Shown here piece by piece: positions 17,620-27,447 of a stretch of 64,000 nucleotides of DNA; within the stretch, counting starts at the first letter, position 1; each line of letters starts with the position of its first letter. The stretch comes from Arcobacteraceae bacterium (lineage in GTDB: Bacteria; Campylobacterota; Campylobacteria; Campylobacterales; Arcobacteraceae). The DNA lies in NCBI GenBank assembly GCA_029934475.1, contig JAOZMC010000002.1, positions 27 to 64,026 of the forward strand, given 5' to 3'. A program made the position numbers and the translations under genes. The notes beneath the pieces were generated by a model that searched no databases, was not told the origin of the DNA, and was given only the letters and a program-made list of their open reading frames with translations.

Positions 17620-18239
17620 ACAAAGTAGGCTCAACTCAAAAATATATAATATCATATATAAAAAAGCACGGTTACAATATGCCTCTGCTAGTCTATACTG
17701 ACAATCAAACAGATGGTATAGGTAGTGGTGAAAATAGCTGGATAGGAGTTCGTGGCAATATGTTTTTTTCGTTTGTCATAAGTGTAGATATGTTGCCTAC
17801 AGATATGCCGTGGCAGTCGGCTTCTATATATTTTAGCTGCCTGCTACAGCAAATTTTTTGCTCTCAAGGTTCAAAATGCTATATCAAATGGCCAAATGAC
17901 TTTTATATTAAAAACAAAAAATTAGGAGGCACAGTGACCAAAATATCGTCTGGACTGCTCTATTGTGGTATAGGTATCAATATATTTGAGACAAAAAAAT
18001 GCTATGGTGTGCTTGATATAGATATAGATAAAGAGGATATCATAGACAAATTTATAAATTTAATAGCAAAAAACCAAAGTTGGGCAGATAATTTTAAGTA
18101 TTTTATGATACAATATCAAAATAGTTGCGAGAACTACAAAATCAACATAAACGGACAAAAAATATCGCCGCGAGCAGATATGCTCCAAGATGATGGTTCG
18201 CTTTTGATAAACAACAAAAAGGAGTATAGCACCAGATGA
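17595..18239 (+). CDS. birA: Biotin--[acetyl-CoA-carboxylase] ligase (no HTH domain)
   Basis: [11 protein letters not shown], the biotin-binding loop [12 protein letters not shown] and KWPNDFY. It sits upstream of parAB, as in Helicobacter and Campylobacter. Confidence 0.8.
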   Translation: MAFRKISLDKVGSTQKYIISYIKKHGYNMPLLVYTDNQTDGIGSGENSWIGVRGNMFFSFVISVDMLPTDMPWQSASIYFSCLLQQIFCSQGSKCYIKWPNDFYIKNKKLGGTVTKISSGLLYCGIGINIFETKKCYGVLDIDIDKEDIIDKFINLIAKNQSWADNFKYFMIQYQNSCENYKININGQKISPRADMLQDDGSLLINNKKEYSTR

Positions 18240-19024
18240 CAGAGATATTAACCATAGCAAACCAAAAAGGCGGTGTAGGCAAGACCACGACAGCAGTAAA
18301 CCTAGCGGCCGCACTAGCTATAACAAATAAAAAGATTTTGTTGATAGATGCCGACCCACAGACAAATGCCACCACATCGCTAGGATTTGCTAGAGACAAA
18401 TACAGCAGAAACTTATATCAAGCGATGATAGGAAAACAAAAGTTCAAAGATGCCATACTTAAAACAGAAGTAGAAAATCTAGACTTAGTGCCATCAAGTA
18501 TAGGGCTGGTGGGTTTTGAAAAAAATTATTATACAAACAAAAACAAATACAAATACATACTTAAAACTCTCATAGATGAGATTAAAGAGAGTTATGACTA
18601 TATCATCATAGACTCACCACCAGCTCTAGGACCGCTGACTATAAATACTTTGACCGCATCTACATCTGTCGTGATACCTATACAGTGTGAGTTTTTTGCA
18701 CTGGAGGGTTTGGCTTTACTTTTAAACACTATCAAGCTTATCAAACAAACAACAAATCCACAGCTACAGATAAAAGGATTTTTGCCGACCATGTATGCAA
18801 AAAACAACAACTTGTCCAAACAGGTCCTAAGCGACCTAATACAGCACTTTGATAGCAAATTATTTAAGGTAGACAAAAAGTCATATATCGTAGTGCCTAG
18901 AAATATTACCCTAGCAGAGTCGCCTAGCTTTGGAAAAACTGTGATACAATACGACAAAAATTCTGTAGGCTCAAAAGCATATATAAACTTAGCAAAAGCT
19001 ATACTAAAAAAGGCTAAGAAATGA
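18236..19024 (+). CDS. parA: Chromosome partitioning ATPase ParA/Soj
   Basis: Deviant Walker [12 protein letters not shown], with overall ParA/MinD family similarity along the full length. Confidence 0.9.
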   Translation: MTEILTIANQKGGVGKTTTAVNLAAALAITNKKILLIDADPQTNATTSLGFARDKYSRNLYQAMIGKQKFKDAILKTEVENLDLVPSSIGLVGFEKNYYTNKNKYKYILKTLIDEIKESYDYIIIDSPPALGPLTINTLTASTSVVIPIQCEFFALEGLALLLNTIKLIKQTTNPQLQIKGFLPTMYAKNNNLSKQVLSDLIQHFDSKLFKVDKKSYIVVPRNITLAESPSFGKTVIQYDKNSVGSKAYINLAKAILKKAKK

Positions 19025-19875
19025 AAAGAGAAGCACTAGGACGAGGACTTGGGGAGTTGCTAGACGAAGTGGAGTCGGCTTATGAAAACGAAAACAGCGA
19101 GTTTGTAGATGTCGTAGATGAGATAGATGTCGATATAATAGACCCAAATCCTGACCAACCCAGACAGGTATTTGAGCTAGATGCCATAAAAGAGTTAAGT
19201 CAATCTATCAAGGTTCACGGACTTTTGCAACCAATTGTTGTCATACGAGATGATGATAGATATACTCTAGTATCTGGTGAGAGGCGGTTGAGAGCTACCA
19301 AACTTTTAAGGACCAGCACTATAAAGTCTATCGTATTAAATATAAGCCGAGACAAGCTAAATGAGCTAGCTCTCATAGAAAATGTCCAAAGAGAAAACCT
19401 AAATATAGTAGAGCTAGCACATTCATATGACAAACTTATCAAACAACACGATATAACACACGAGCAGTTGTCGGATAAGCTATCAAAAAGTCGCTCTTCT
19501 ATCACAAATACTTTGAGAGTTTTGTCGCTGGGTGACTATGTACAAGATAAACTTCTAGCAAATAGCATAAGCTTTGGACACGCAAAGATGATGACAGTCC
19601 TAGATGAGAAGCAACAACAAATAGCCACAGACAGCATAATAGCACAAAAGCTATCTGTGCAAGAAGCATCAAAGCTAATATCACAGTTAAAAAACAAAAA
19701 CGAACCAAAACAGCAAGCACCAAAATCCAAAATCCTATTTGACAAAGCAAAGCTACAAAATATTGTTCAAATACTCAAAAACAATAATTTCAAAACTACT
19801 ATAAATCCAAAAGGTATAAATATAACTATAACAAACGACAAGGATATAGAGAAGCTAAACACTCTTTTGTCATGA
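19021..19875 (+). CDS. parB: Chromosome partitioning protein ParB/Spo0J
   Basis: ParB box NPDQPRQ...LLQPIVV...GERRLRA and an HTH region. Coupled to parA (ATGA overlap). Confidence 0.9.
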   Translation: MKREALGRGLGELLDEVESAYENENSEFVDVVDEIDVDIIDPNPDQPRQVFELDAIKELSQSIKVHGLLQPIVVIRDDDRYTLVSGERRLRATKLLRTSTIKSIVLNISRDKLNELALIENVQRENLNIVELAHSYDKLIKQHDITHEQLSDKLSKSRSSITNTLRVLSLGDYVQDKLLANSISFGHAKMMTVLDEKQQQIATDSIIAQKLSVQEASKLISQLKNKNEPKQQAPKSKILFDKAKLQNIVQILKNNNFKTTINPKGINITITNDKDIEKLNTLLS

Positions 19876-22800
19876 TAGATAGCTCTGCTTTTTCACATCT
19901 ACACCTGCACACAGAATACTCACTGCTAGATGGTGCCAACAAGATAGATAACCTAATCATCAAAGCCAAAGAGCTAGGCATGAAAAGTGTAGCTATAACA
20001 GACCACGGCAATATGTTTGGGGCTATAGAGTTCTATACCAAACTAAAAAAAGCAGGTATAAAACCTATCATAGGTATAGAGACATATATCCACAACCACG
20101 ACAACCTAGATGACAAAACTGGCAAAAAACGATTTCACTTGTGTCTGCTAGCCAAAAATGATATAGGATACAAAAACTTGATGTATCTAAGCAGTATGGC
20201 ATATACCGAAGGATTTTATTATAATGCCAGAATAAACAAAAAACTTTTAAAATCACACAGCGAGGGTATCGTAGCTATGAGTGCTTGCTTGCAAGGTGAA
20301 GTTAGCTGGCATCTAAATACCCAAAATCCTAAAAACAAAAAAAATGGTGCCAAAGGTTATGATGAAGCAGTCCGGGTCGCTTTGGAATACAAAGAGATAT
20401 TTGGTGAGGACTTTTATCTTGAGATCATGCGACACGGCATAGATGACCAGTATTTTATAGATGATATGATACTCAAGATAGCCAAACAAACCGGCATAGA
20501 GATAGTAGCCACAAACGACACACACTACACTGAGCAAAAAGATGCTATATCACATGAGGCATTTATGTGTATTGCTATGAACAAACTTTTTGACGACCCC
20601 AAGAGGATGAAGCACAGTGTACATGAGTTTTATCTCAAGTCTCCAGCACAAATAGAAAAGCTATATGCAGATATACCACAAGCTATAGCAAATACACAAA
20701 AAATAGTAGACAAGTGCAACCTAAATATAAAACTAGGCAACCCCACACCGCCCAACTTTAAGTTCGCTAGACAGATGGCGACTAAATATGGTATAGAAAT
20801 ACCTCAAAAAAACAAAGAATACTCGCTAGACAATGACAAAGTGTTGTTTGAATACTTGTGTAAAAAAGGGCTAGAAAAGATACTAAAAAAAGTTGATGAA
20901 AAAGAGCACGATACATACAGACAAAGAGTAGATGAAGAGATACAGATCATCAATAATATGAAGTTTCCGGGATATATGCTCATAGTATGGGAGTTTGTGC
21001 AGTTTGCCAAACTATGCGACCCACCTATACCAGTAGGACCCGGACGAGGTTCGGCGGCTGGAAGTTTGGTAGCCTATGCTCTATCTATAACCAACATAGA
21101 CCCTGTAAAATATGGACTGATATTTGAAAGATTTCTAAACCCAGACAGAGTCTCTATGCCAGATATCGATATGGATTTTTGTCAAAATAGGCGACAAGAG
21201 GTGATAGACTATGTGATCGAAAAATATGGCAGACAAAATGTAGCACAGATCATCACATTTGGCAAACTACTAGCAAAAGGAGTGATACGAGATGTGGCTA
21301 GAGTGTTGGATTTGCCTCTAAGCGAAGCGGACAAGATGGCAAAAATGATACCAGACAAGATAGGTATAACTCTAGCACAAGCACAAAAAGATGAGCCAAA
21401 GATAGATGAGTATATACAGAGCAATCCACTAGCCCAAAAAGTATGGCAACACTCTCTAGCTTTGGAGGGTTTAAACAGAAATGCCAGCACTCATGCGGCT
21501 GGTGTAGTGATATCAAACGAACCGCTATATCAAAAGACACCGCTGTTTCGTCCTTCTGGCGATGATATAGCGGTAGCTACTCAATACAACGGCAAATACA
21601 TAGAAGATGTAGATCTGATAAAGTTTGACTTTTTGGGCTTGAAAACTTTAACTGTCATCGATGATACTTTGAGCTTGATCAAACACAGACACGGCAAGAC
21701 CATAGACTTTGACGATGAAAACATAGAAGACCCAGAAGTGTATGACCTAATATCACGAGGCGAGACTATAGGACTGTTTCAAGTAGAAGCCAACGGAGTC
21801 AAAGAGCTATGCAAAAAGTTAAAGCCAGATAATTTTGGTGAACTACTGGCTATACTAGCTTTGTATCGTCCCGGTCCCATAGAAGCTGGTATGGTCAGCG
21901 ACTTTGTCCAGAGGAAACATGGACGACAAAAGGTTAGCTACTTTTATGATGAATTTACAGTAGCTTTGGAACCTATACTTAAAGAGACTTATGGTCTCAT
22001 AGTGTATCAAGAGCAGGTCATGAAGATAGTCCAAGTCATAGGTGGGTTTAGTCTAGGTGGAGCAGATCTGGTGAGGCGAGCGATGGGTAAAAAAAACGAA
22101 GAGGAACTAAACAAACTCAAAACACAGTTTGCCAATGGCGGTGTGAAAAACGGCTACTCTGCTGAGCATTGTGAAAAATTGTTCAGCAAAATACTCAAGT
22201 TTGCCGGCTATGGGTTCAACAAATCACACTCAGCAGCATATGCTATGATCACTTTTCAGACTGCATTTTTGAAGCGATATTATCCTACAGAGTTTATGGC
22301 ATCGTTGCTAACATCGGAAAGTCAAAAGCCAGACAAAGTAGTCAAATATGTGGATGAGTTAAAGCATATGGGATACGAGCTAGTGCCACCACACATCAAC
22401 AAATCACAGCATATATTTAGTGCAGATATCATAGACAAAAAAGAGGTCGTGGTGTTTGGATTAGGAGCGCTCAAGGGTGCTGGTGGAAAAGTAGTGCAAA
22501 GTATCTTAGCTACTAGAAAAGATGGGGAGTTTATAGATATGGCGGACTTTGTATCTAGGATAGATGGCTCCAAAGTCAACAAAAGAGTAGTAGAGGCACT
22601 CATATGCTCTGGTGCTTTTGATAGCTTTGGACACACCAGAGCGGCACTGGCTGACCAGATAGAATACATAGTGGCACAAGTATCAAATGCCAACAGAGCC
22701 AGAGAGTTGAGTGTCGGCTCACTGTTTGGTGATGATAAACAACTACAAACAGTGGAACTAAATCTAAATGAACTAGATGAATACGACAACACAACTATGC

Positions 22801-23405
22801 TGCAAAAAGAGCTAGAAACTCTGGGCTTCTATGTATCTGGGCATCCGCTAGATAAATATAGAGCGGTGTTTGATAGTATTGATTATGTCAAAAGCAGCGA
22901 ATACAGCGAGTTAAAAGATGGACAACAAGTAAAAATAGCAGGCAAGATAGTGCAAATACAGCAAAAGATAAGCAAAAAAGGCAATCCCTATTTCGTAGCT
23001 ACTATCATGGATTTGCACGGAAGTTATGACTTTATGATGTTTGAAAAAGATAAGCTGAAGCTGGAAAATGATTTTGATATAGATAAGCCTATGGTGTTTG
23101 ATATGGTTGTGAAAGTAGATCACTTTGGTGTCAAGTTCAACATAAAAAGTTTCAAACAACTCAAAACACAAAACACAAAAATGTGTAAACCCAAAAGAGA
23201 TAGCATAACGATACAAATAGCAGAAAATGCCGATATAGTTATAATCCAAAAGATACACAAGATTATCAGCAACCATCAAGGCAACATACCATTTACTCTA
23301 GTCATCACAGGAGCAAAAGAGAGTATGAGCCTGACTTCTGGATATTTTGTGCATGAAAAAACTTATAAAATGTTTGAAAATACACCAAGCATAGAGATGT
23401 TGTGA
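19872..23405 (+). CDS. dnaE: DNA polymerase III alpha subunit
   Basis: 1177 aa with PHP domain (HLHLHTEYSLLDG), polymerase core (PDIDMDF, GLLKFDFLGL-like FDFLGLKTL) and a C-terminal OB fold. Confidence 0.95.
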   Translation: MIDSSAFSHLHLHTEYSLLDGANKIDNLIIKAKELGMKSVAITDHGNMFGAIEFYTKLKKAGIKPIIGIETYIHNHDNLDDKTGKKRFHLCLLAKNDIGYKNLMYLSSMAYTEGFYYNARINKKLLKSHSEGIVAMSACLQGEVSWHLNTQNPKNKKNGAKGYDEAVRVALEYKEIFGEDFYLEIMRHGIDDQYFIDDMILKIAKQTGIEIVATNDTHYTEQKDAISHEAFMCIAMNKLFDDPKRMKHSVHEFYLKSPAQIEKLYADIPQAIANTQKIVDKCNLNIKLGNPTPPNFKFARQMATKYGIEIPQKNKEYSLDNDKVLFEYLCKKGLEKILKKVDEKEHDTYRQRVDEEIQIINNMKFPGYMLIVWEFVQFAKLCDPPIPVGPGRGSAAGSLVAYALSITNIDPVKYGLIFERFLNPDRVSMPDIDMDFCQNRRQEVIDYVIEKYGRQNVAQIITFGKLLAKGVIRDVARVLDLPLSEADKMAKMIPDKIGITLAQAQKDEPKIDEYIQSNPLAQKVWQHSLALEGLNRNASTHAAGVVISNEPLYQKTPLFRPSGDDIAVATQYNGKYIEDVDLIKFDFLGLKTLTVIDDTLSLIKHRHGKTIDFDDENIEDPEVYDLISRGETIGLFQVEANGVKELCKKLKPDNFGELLAILALYRPGPIEAGMVSDFVQRKHGRQKVSYFYDEFTVALEPILKETYGLIVYQEQVMKIVQVIGGFSLGGADLVRRAMGKKNEEELNKLKTQFANGGVKNGYSAEHCEKLFSKILKFAGYGFNKSHSAAYAMITFQTAFLKRYYPTEFMASLLTSESQKPDKVVKYVDELKHMGYELVPPHINKSQHIFSADIIDKKEVVVFGLGALKGAGGKVVQSILATRKDGEFIDMADFVSRIDGSKVNKRVVEALICSGAFDSFGHTRAALADQIEYIVAQVSNANRARELSVGSLFGDDKQLQTVELNLNELDEYDNTTMLQKELETLGFYVSGHPLDKYRAVFDSIDYVKSSEYSELKDGQQVKIAGKIVQIQQKISKKGNPYFVATIMDLHGSYDFMMFEKDKLKLENDFDIDKPMVFDMVVKVDHFGVKFNIKSFKQLKTQNTKMCKPKRDSITIQIAENADIVIIQKIHKIISNHQGNIPFTLVITGAKESMSLTSGYFVHEKTYKMFENTPSIEML

Positions 23406-23872
23406 ACCATTTTATTTTTGTTATTCTGTTGGCTGTGTATGGTATGGGTGCTGATAAATTTCGTGAAACTATATATCTTGATGCATTTGGCGAACAGAAA
23501 GTATCGCTAGGGCAAATGTCTCAAGCCAAAGGTGATATAAAGCTGGTATATAGCACACCAGTGGCAAAAACTTTCTATTATCAAAGAGATAAGTTAGTGA
23601 TACAAACAGACACAAACAAGACCTATATATATGCCAATCACCCACAGCTACTAGTGGTGCCGTCTATCATAAAAGCGATAAGTAAAAACAGTTTCGATGA
23701 CTTAGAGGCGATATTTGATATAATAAAAACTTCTACACAGATAAAGCTTGTCGCAAAACAAAACACAAAAAAGCATATAGACAAGATAATCATAGATTAT
23801 GAAAATAAAAAGTTCAAAAAGTTTGAGATATATATGCGAAATCATGATAGGATTATGATTGAGATACTTTAA
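23402..23872 (+). CDS. Small periplasmic protein, possibly LolA-like carrier fold
   Basis: 156 aa with a signal-like N-terminus. The assignment rests on position upstream of a predicted-exporter membrane protein and on a beta-rich sequence. No strong motif, and the start is GTG. Confidence 0.35.
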   Translation: MNHFIFVILLAVYGMGADKFRETIYLDAFGEQKVSLGQMSQAKGDIKLVYSTPVAKTFYYQRDKLVIQTDTNKTYIYANHPQLLVVPSIIKAISKNSFDDLEAIFDIIKTSTQIKLVAKQNTKKHIDKIIIDYENKKFKKFEIYMRNHDRIMIEIL

Positions 23873-25913
23873 TCTAGGGCTGTTTTTTGTCATATTGTCT
23901 CTGTTTGTCGTGTTTGATATATCTAGCTACATCAAAAGCGATCTAGCAGAGTTTTTGACAAAAGAACAAAAAGCCACGGTGGATATATACAAAAAATCAC
24001 GCACAAATGAGAGCTTGATAGTAGCTATAAAAGGTTATGAACCAGACAAGCTAGATAGTATAATAAAGTTAAAACAAAAGCTAAACAATATAAACCACCT
24101 ATCTATAAGTAGTTATGAAAATGAGGCGAAAATCGACTATGAAAATATCTATAAACCATATATAAACAGTATAAAATACAAAAATTCCAAAGATATAGAT
24201 ATAGACAAAAAACTTCAAGATATAAAACAAAAGATAAAAAACAGCGACATATATCTCCCACTAGATAGGTTTGACCCGCTTGAGATATTTGAAAAACCCA
24301 AGCCATATAAAACAAATATAAACATAATAAACGGCAACACAGGACTAGGAGAGTTTGGCTATCTTGCTGTGTTTGATATATCTACAAATCTATCGTTTGA
24401 ACAACAATGTGTGCTATATGACAAGATACATGATACTATAAAAAACAGAAATATCAAACATTTTGCTCCGTTTTACTATTTTGTAGAAAATGAAAGATAT
24501 ATAAAAGAGGATGTAAAGTTTATTGTGCTTTTGTCTACGTTTTTGCTCCTGTTTTTGTATATGATGATGTTGCGAAATTTTATCTTGCTAGCAAATGTAC
24601 TTGTTACTGTTGTATCATCTGTGATAATAGGAGCGATAGCTAGTCATATGGTCTTTGGCAATATATCTATCATAAGTTTCGCTCTAGCGGTGTCTTGGAC
24701 TGCTGTGGCGGTGGATTATATGTTTCACCACTATTTTTTTGGATATTATGAGACAAAAAAGGGTTTCAACTCTTTTGTCTTTTTTGGATTTTTGACCACT
24801 TTTATCGCCTTAGCTGTGTTGTCATTCTCTTCATTTGTGATGATAAAACAGATAACCCTGTTTTGTATGACTAGTCTGGGGTTTGCTTATGTGTCGTTTG
24901 CTTTTATATATCCACATCTTAAGATAAAGCAAACAAAACATATAGCTATAGGTGATATGAAACATAGATATAAGCTGCCATCTATATATATGGTGATATC
25001 TAGCTTGGTGTTGTTGGTAGGAGCATATAGCTTCATATCGGTTGACAAAACTTTACAAAACCTAAACTACCACAATACAAAACTTATAAAGACACAAAAG
25101 TTTTTTGAGAACAAACTAAACAGAAACAATTTTGTGCCAGCAATTATAAAAGCAGATACGACAGATGTAGCTATATCTACGATAAATAGTCTCAAAAAGC
25201 AGGATATAAAATTTCTGTCGCCTTTGTCCTATCTGTTAGATAAGCAGACAATCCAACACAGACAAGAGGTTTTGGATAGTTTTGGCTTTGATGATCTCAA
25301 ACAAAGATTAGACACTTTGTCAAAAAAGCACGGCTTTACAGATGGATATTTTAAAAATAGTTATGTGTATAAGAGGGCTAAATATGATGAAAATATATTT
25401 AAAGATAGTTTATATACACAAAACGGCATATGGTATCTGCCCATATTGATACAACAAAAGAGAAAAAAGATAAAAAATATAATATCTTTAGATAGTCAAG
25501 TGGTGTTTAGGCAGACTATAGACAAAGCTATAGATGGATTTGTCATATATGCTGTGGGGCTGGTGCTGGGGATATTGCTGTTTTTAGTAGCCGTGACTAA
25601 ACGGAGATTTGTAGATGTGATCTCTTATGTGCTGTTACCTATGGCGGTCATAGCTATATATGGTGCGCTGTATTCGCTAAATATCTTGCAACTTTTTATG
25701 GGGATTGTTGTGCTATCTGTGGCAGTGGATTTTGCTATATACAAAGCAAAAGAACAAAACGAGACAAATATAGCGATATTATATTCGCTTCTTAGCACAT
25801 TTGCTGGGTTTGGGGTGCTTATGTTTAGCGATATTGCTTCACTGGTATCCATAGGGATAGTGGCGGTGTTGGGAGTTTTGGCGGTGTTATTTTTGATATT
25901 TTTTCAAAAATAG
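23859..25913 (+). CDS. Large polytopic membrane protein, MMPL/RND-like 'predicted exporter' family
   Basis: 684 aa. Two blocks of about 5-6 TM helices are each preceded by a soluble loop, the topology of MMPL/COG4258-type exporters. TTG start overlaps the upstream gene. Confidence 0.5.
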   Translation: MRYFNLGLFFVILSLFVVFDISSYIKSDLAEFLTKEQKATVDIYKKSRTNESLIVAIKGYEPDKLDSIIKLKQKLNNINHLSISSYENEAKIDYENIYKPYINSIKYKNSKDIDIDKKLQDIKQKIKNSDIYLPLDRFDPLEIFEKPKPYKTNINIINGNTGLGEFGYLAVFDISTNLSFEQQCVLYDKIHDTIKNRNIKHFAPFYYFVENERYIKEDVKFIVLLSTFLLLFLYMMMLRNFILLANVLVTVVSSVIIGAIASHMVFGNISIISFALAVSWTAVAVDYMFHHYFFGYYETKKGFNSFVFFGFLTTFIALAVLSFSSFVMIKQITLFCMTSLGFAYVSFAFIYPHLKIKQTKHIAIGDMKHRYKLPSIYMVISSLVLLVGAYSFISVDKTLQNLNYHNTKLIKTQKFFENKLNRNNFVPAIIKADTTDVAISTINSLKKQDIKFLSPLSYLLDKQTIQHRQEVLDSFGFDDLKQRLDTLSKKHGFTDGYFKNSYVYKRAKYDENIFKDSLYTQNGIWYLPILIQQKRKKIKNIISLDSQVVFRQTIDKAIDGFVIYAVGLVLGILLFLVAVTKRRFVDVISYVLLPMAVIAIYGALYSLNILQLFMGIVVLSVAVDFAIYKAKEQNETNIAILYSLLSTFAGFGVLMFSDIASLVSIGIVAVLGVLAVLFLIFFQK

Positions 25914-25963
25914 GTAAAGTTTAAATATAATTTGTTATAATAACAAAATTTTAAAGGAAAATT

Positions 25964-26704
25964 ATGAAAAAGTTATTTAGATTGTTGTTGGCGGTATCGG
26001 TGCTATTTTTGTTTGTAGGGACGACTGCTATGGCGAAAAAGAAGTCATATACAAAGGCACAAGTGCTTAAGAAGTGTAAAAAATATAAAACAAAAAAGAG
26101 TATCAAAAAATATAAAAAATGTCTAAAAAAATACAAAATAAAAACAAAAAAAAGAGTCAAGAGAAGTAAAAAAAGTAAAATAAGTAGCGATACAGAAGAT
26201 AAAGAGACTACAACTTCCTATTATGTCAAAAAAGGATTTTATGCAGGAGGCAATCTAGCATATGTGATGCCTGGAGATCTCAAGTTTGCAGATGCTTCGG
26301 CAGGTTTGGATAGTTCTATAGGTATGGCAGCACTTGGTGGATATAAGTTTGGCAAGATACGAGCAGAGCTGGAGTATTTCACTCACAAAAATGCCTTTTC
26401 TGATGGTGATAACTCGCTTGCTTTTAGCACCATACTTTTAAGTGGGTATTATAGGTTAAATACGAAAAGTTTCTCTCCAATATTTGGAGCTGGGCTTGGT
26501 AGCTCAACTATCAAGAACAACGATAGCTTCACTGCGACATCCTATCATATCACTGGTGGAGTTGAGAGTATGATAAGCCAACAGCTATCATGGACAGCGT
26601 TGCTGCGATATATGCAATACGGCGATATAGAGTTTGATGATGGTGACACTGGTAGCTTTGATCCTACTTTTGCCTTGATGGGTGGAGTGAAATATAGCTT
26701 TTAA
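25964..26704 (+). CDS. Outer-membrane beta-barrel protein (OmpA-like/8-stranded porin family) with Lys-rich N-terminal extension
   Basis: Signal peptide and alternating aromatic/Gly beta-strand pattern. The terminus GGVKYSF has the C-terminal Phe typical of OMPs. Residues about 24-75 are roughly half Lys. Confidence 0.7.
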   Translation: MKKLFRLLLAVSVLFLFVGTTAMAKKKSYTKAQVLKKCKKYKTKKSIKKYKKCLKKYKIKTKKRVKRSKKSKISSDTEDKETTTSYYVKKGFYAGGNLAYVMPGDLKFADASAGLDSSIGMAALGGYKFGKIRAELEYFTHKNAFSDGDNSLAFSTILLSGYYRLNTKSFSPIFGAGLGSSTIKNNDSFTATSYHITGGVESMISQQLSWTALLRYMQYGDIEFDDGDTGSFDPTFALMGGVKYSF

Positions 26705-26707
26705 TAT

Positions 26708-26917
26708 ATGATAAAGATAATCATAATCGGTGTAGTCCTATTTTTGGTCTATATGCTGTTTTTCAAAAAGATAAGACAAGATGGTAAACCACCACAGGAG
26801 AAAGACAAAACCATAGAAACTATGTGCGAGTGCCACAAATGCAAAGTTTTAATATCTAAAAACGAAGCGATATTAAGCAACGGAAAGCTGTATTGTAGCA
26901 AAGAGTGTCTAGCTTGA
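26708..26917 (+). CDS. PP0621-family small membrane-anchored Cys4 (TRASH-like) protein
   Basis: 69 aa with an N-terminal TM helix, then CECHKC-x17-CSKEC, which looks like a zinc ribbon. Confidence 0.55.
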   Translation: MIKIIIIGVVLFLVYMLFFKKIRQDGKPPQEKDKTIETMCECHKCKVLISKNEAILSNGKLYCSKECLA

Positions 26918-27273
26918 TAATTTTAGGTGATGATAGCATACAGTGCAAACAAATCGTGGCTATAGACAACTTTTCACAAGTTGATAATAGTTCACCAGAT
27001 GATATCATCAAGCTAAATTTTGATATAAAGTTGCTAAAAAAATTATCTACAAATGATATAGAGTGTATAGTTGTAGCAAACAGTATATATGAAGTAGTTT
27101 TTGCAAACAAGCTCAAAGCCGACTATATTTTAGTGCCAAAAAATATCACAACACAAGCACAAAAAATAGCCGATAATTATATGTTTGATAGCAAAATAAT
27201 CGTCAGTATATCAACCAAAAAACAACTTGAGGTATATGCTACAGAAGGTATAGATGGAGTTGTTTTTACATAA
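26905..27273 (+). CDS. Hypothetical protein (122 aa)
   Basis: ORF only. The C-terminal EGIDGVVFT weakly recalls TIM-barrel phosphate-binding proteins. No confident family. Confidence 0.4.
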   Translation: MSSLIILGDDSIQCKQIVAIDNFSQVDNSSPDDIIKLNFDIKLLKKLSTNDIECIVVANSIYEVVFANKLKADYILVPKNITTQAQKIADNYMFDSKIIVSISTKKQLEVYATEGIDGVVFT

Positions 27274-27420
27274 ATAGTGACAATTTCTCAAATACTCACC
27301 TATATATAAATTTTTTAACGCTACAAATCACTATTTTTGATAATATTTTTCATATATTGGATAAAATATAGATAAATTTTGCTCAAATTGCCAGTTTTTG
27401 TGGTAATTTTATAAAAATTA

Positions 27421-27429
27421 TGATATAAT
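27421..27429 (+). promoter_or_regulatory. Extended -10 element (TGaTATAAT) upstream of the first giant lipoprotein gene
   Basis: TG at 27421-27422 and TATAAT at 27424-27429 sit in a 174-bp AT-rich spacer. RBS AAGGAG at 27436-27441 and ATG at 27448. Confidence 0.4.
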
Positions 27430-27447
27430 ATACAAAAGGAGTAAATA

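Noticed and set aside
8784-25913. Unbroken chain of same-strand genes with 1-25 nt start/stop overlaps (nth through the MMPL-like gene) as a possible super-operon of interest
   Set aside because: The functions are unrelated housekeeping ones, and such overlaps are ordinary in compact AT-rich genomes. The birA-parA-parB part is known conserved synteny.
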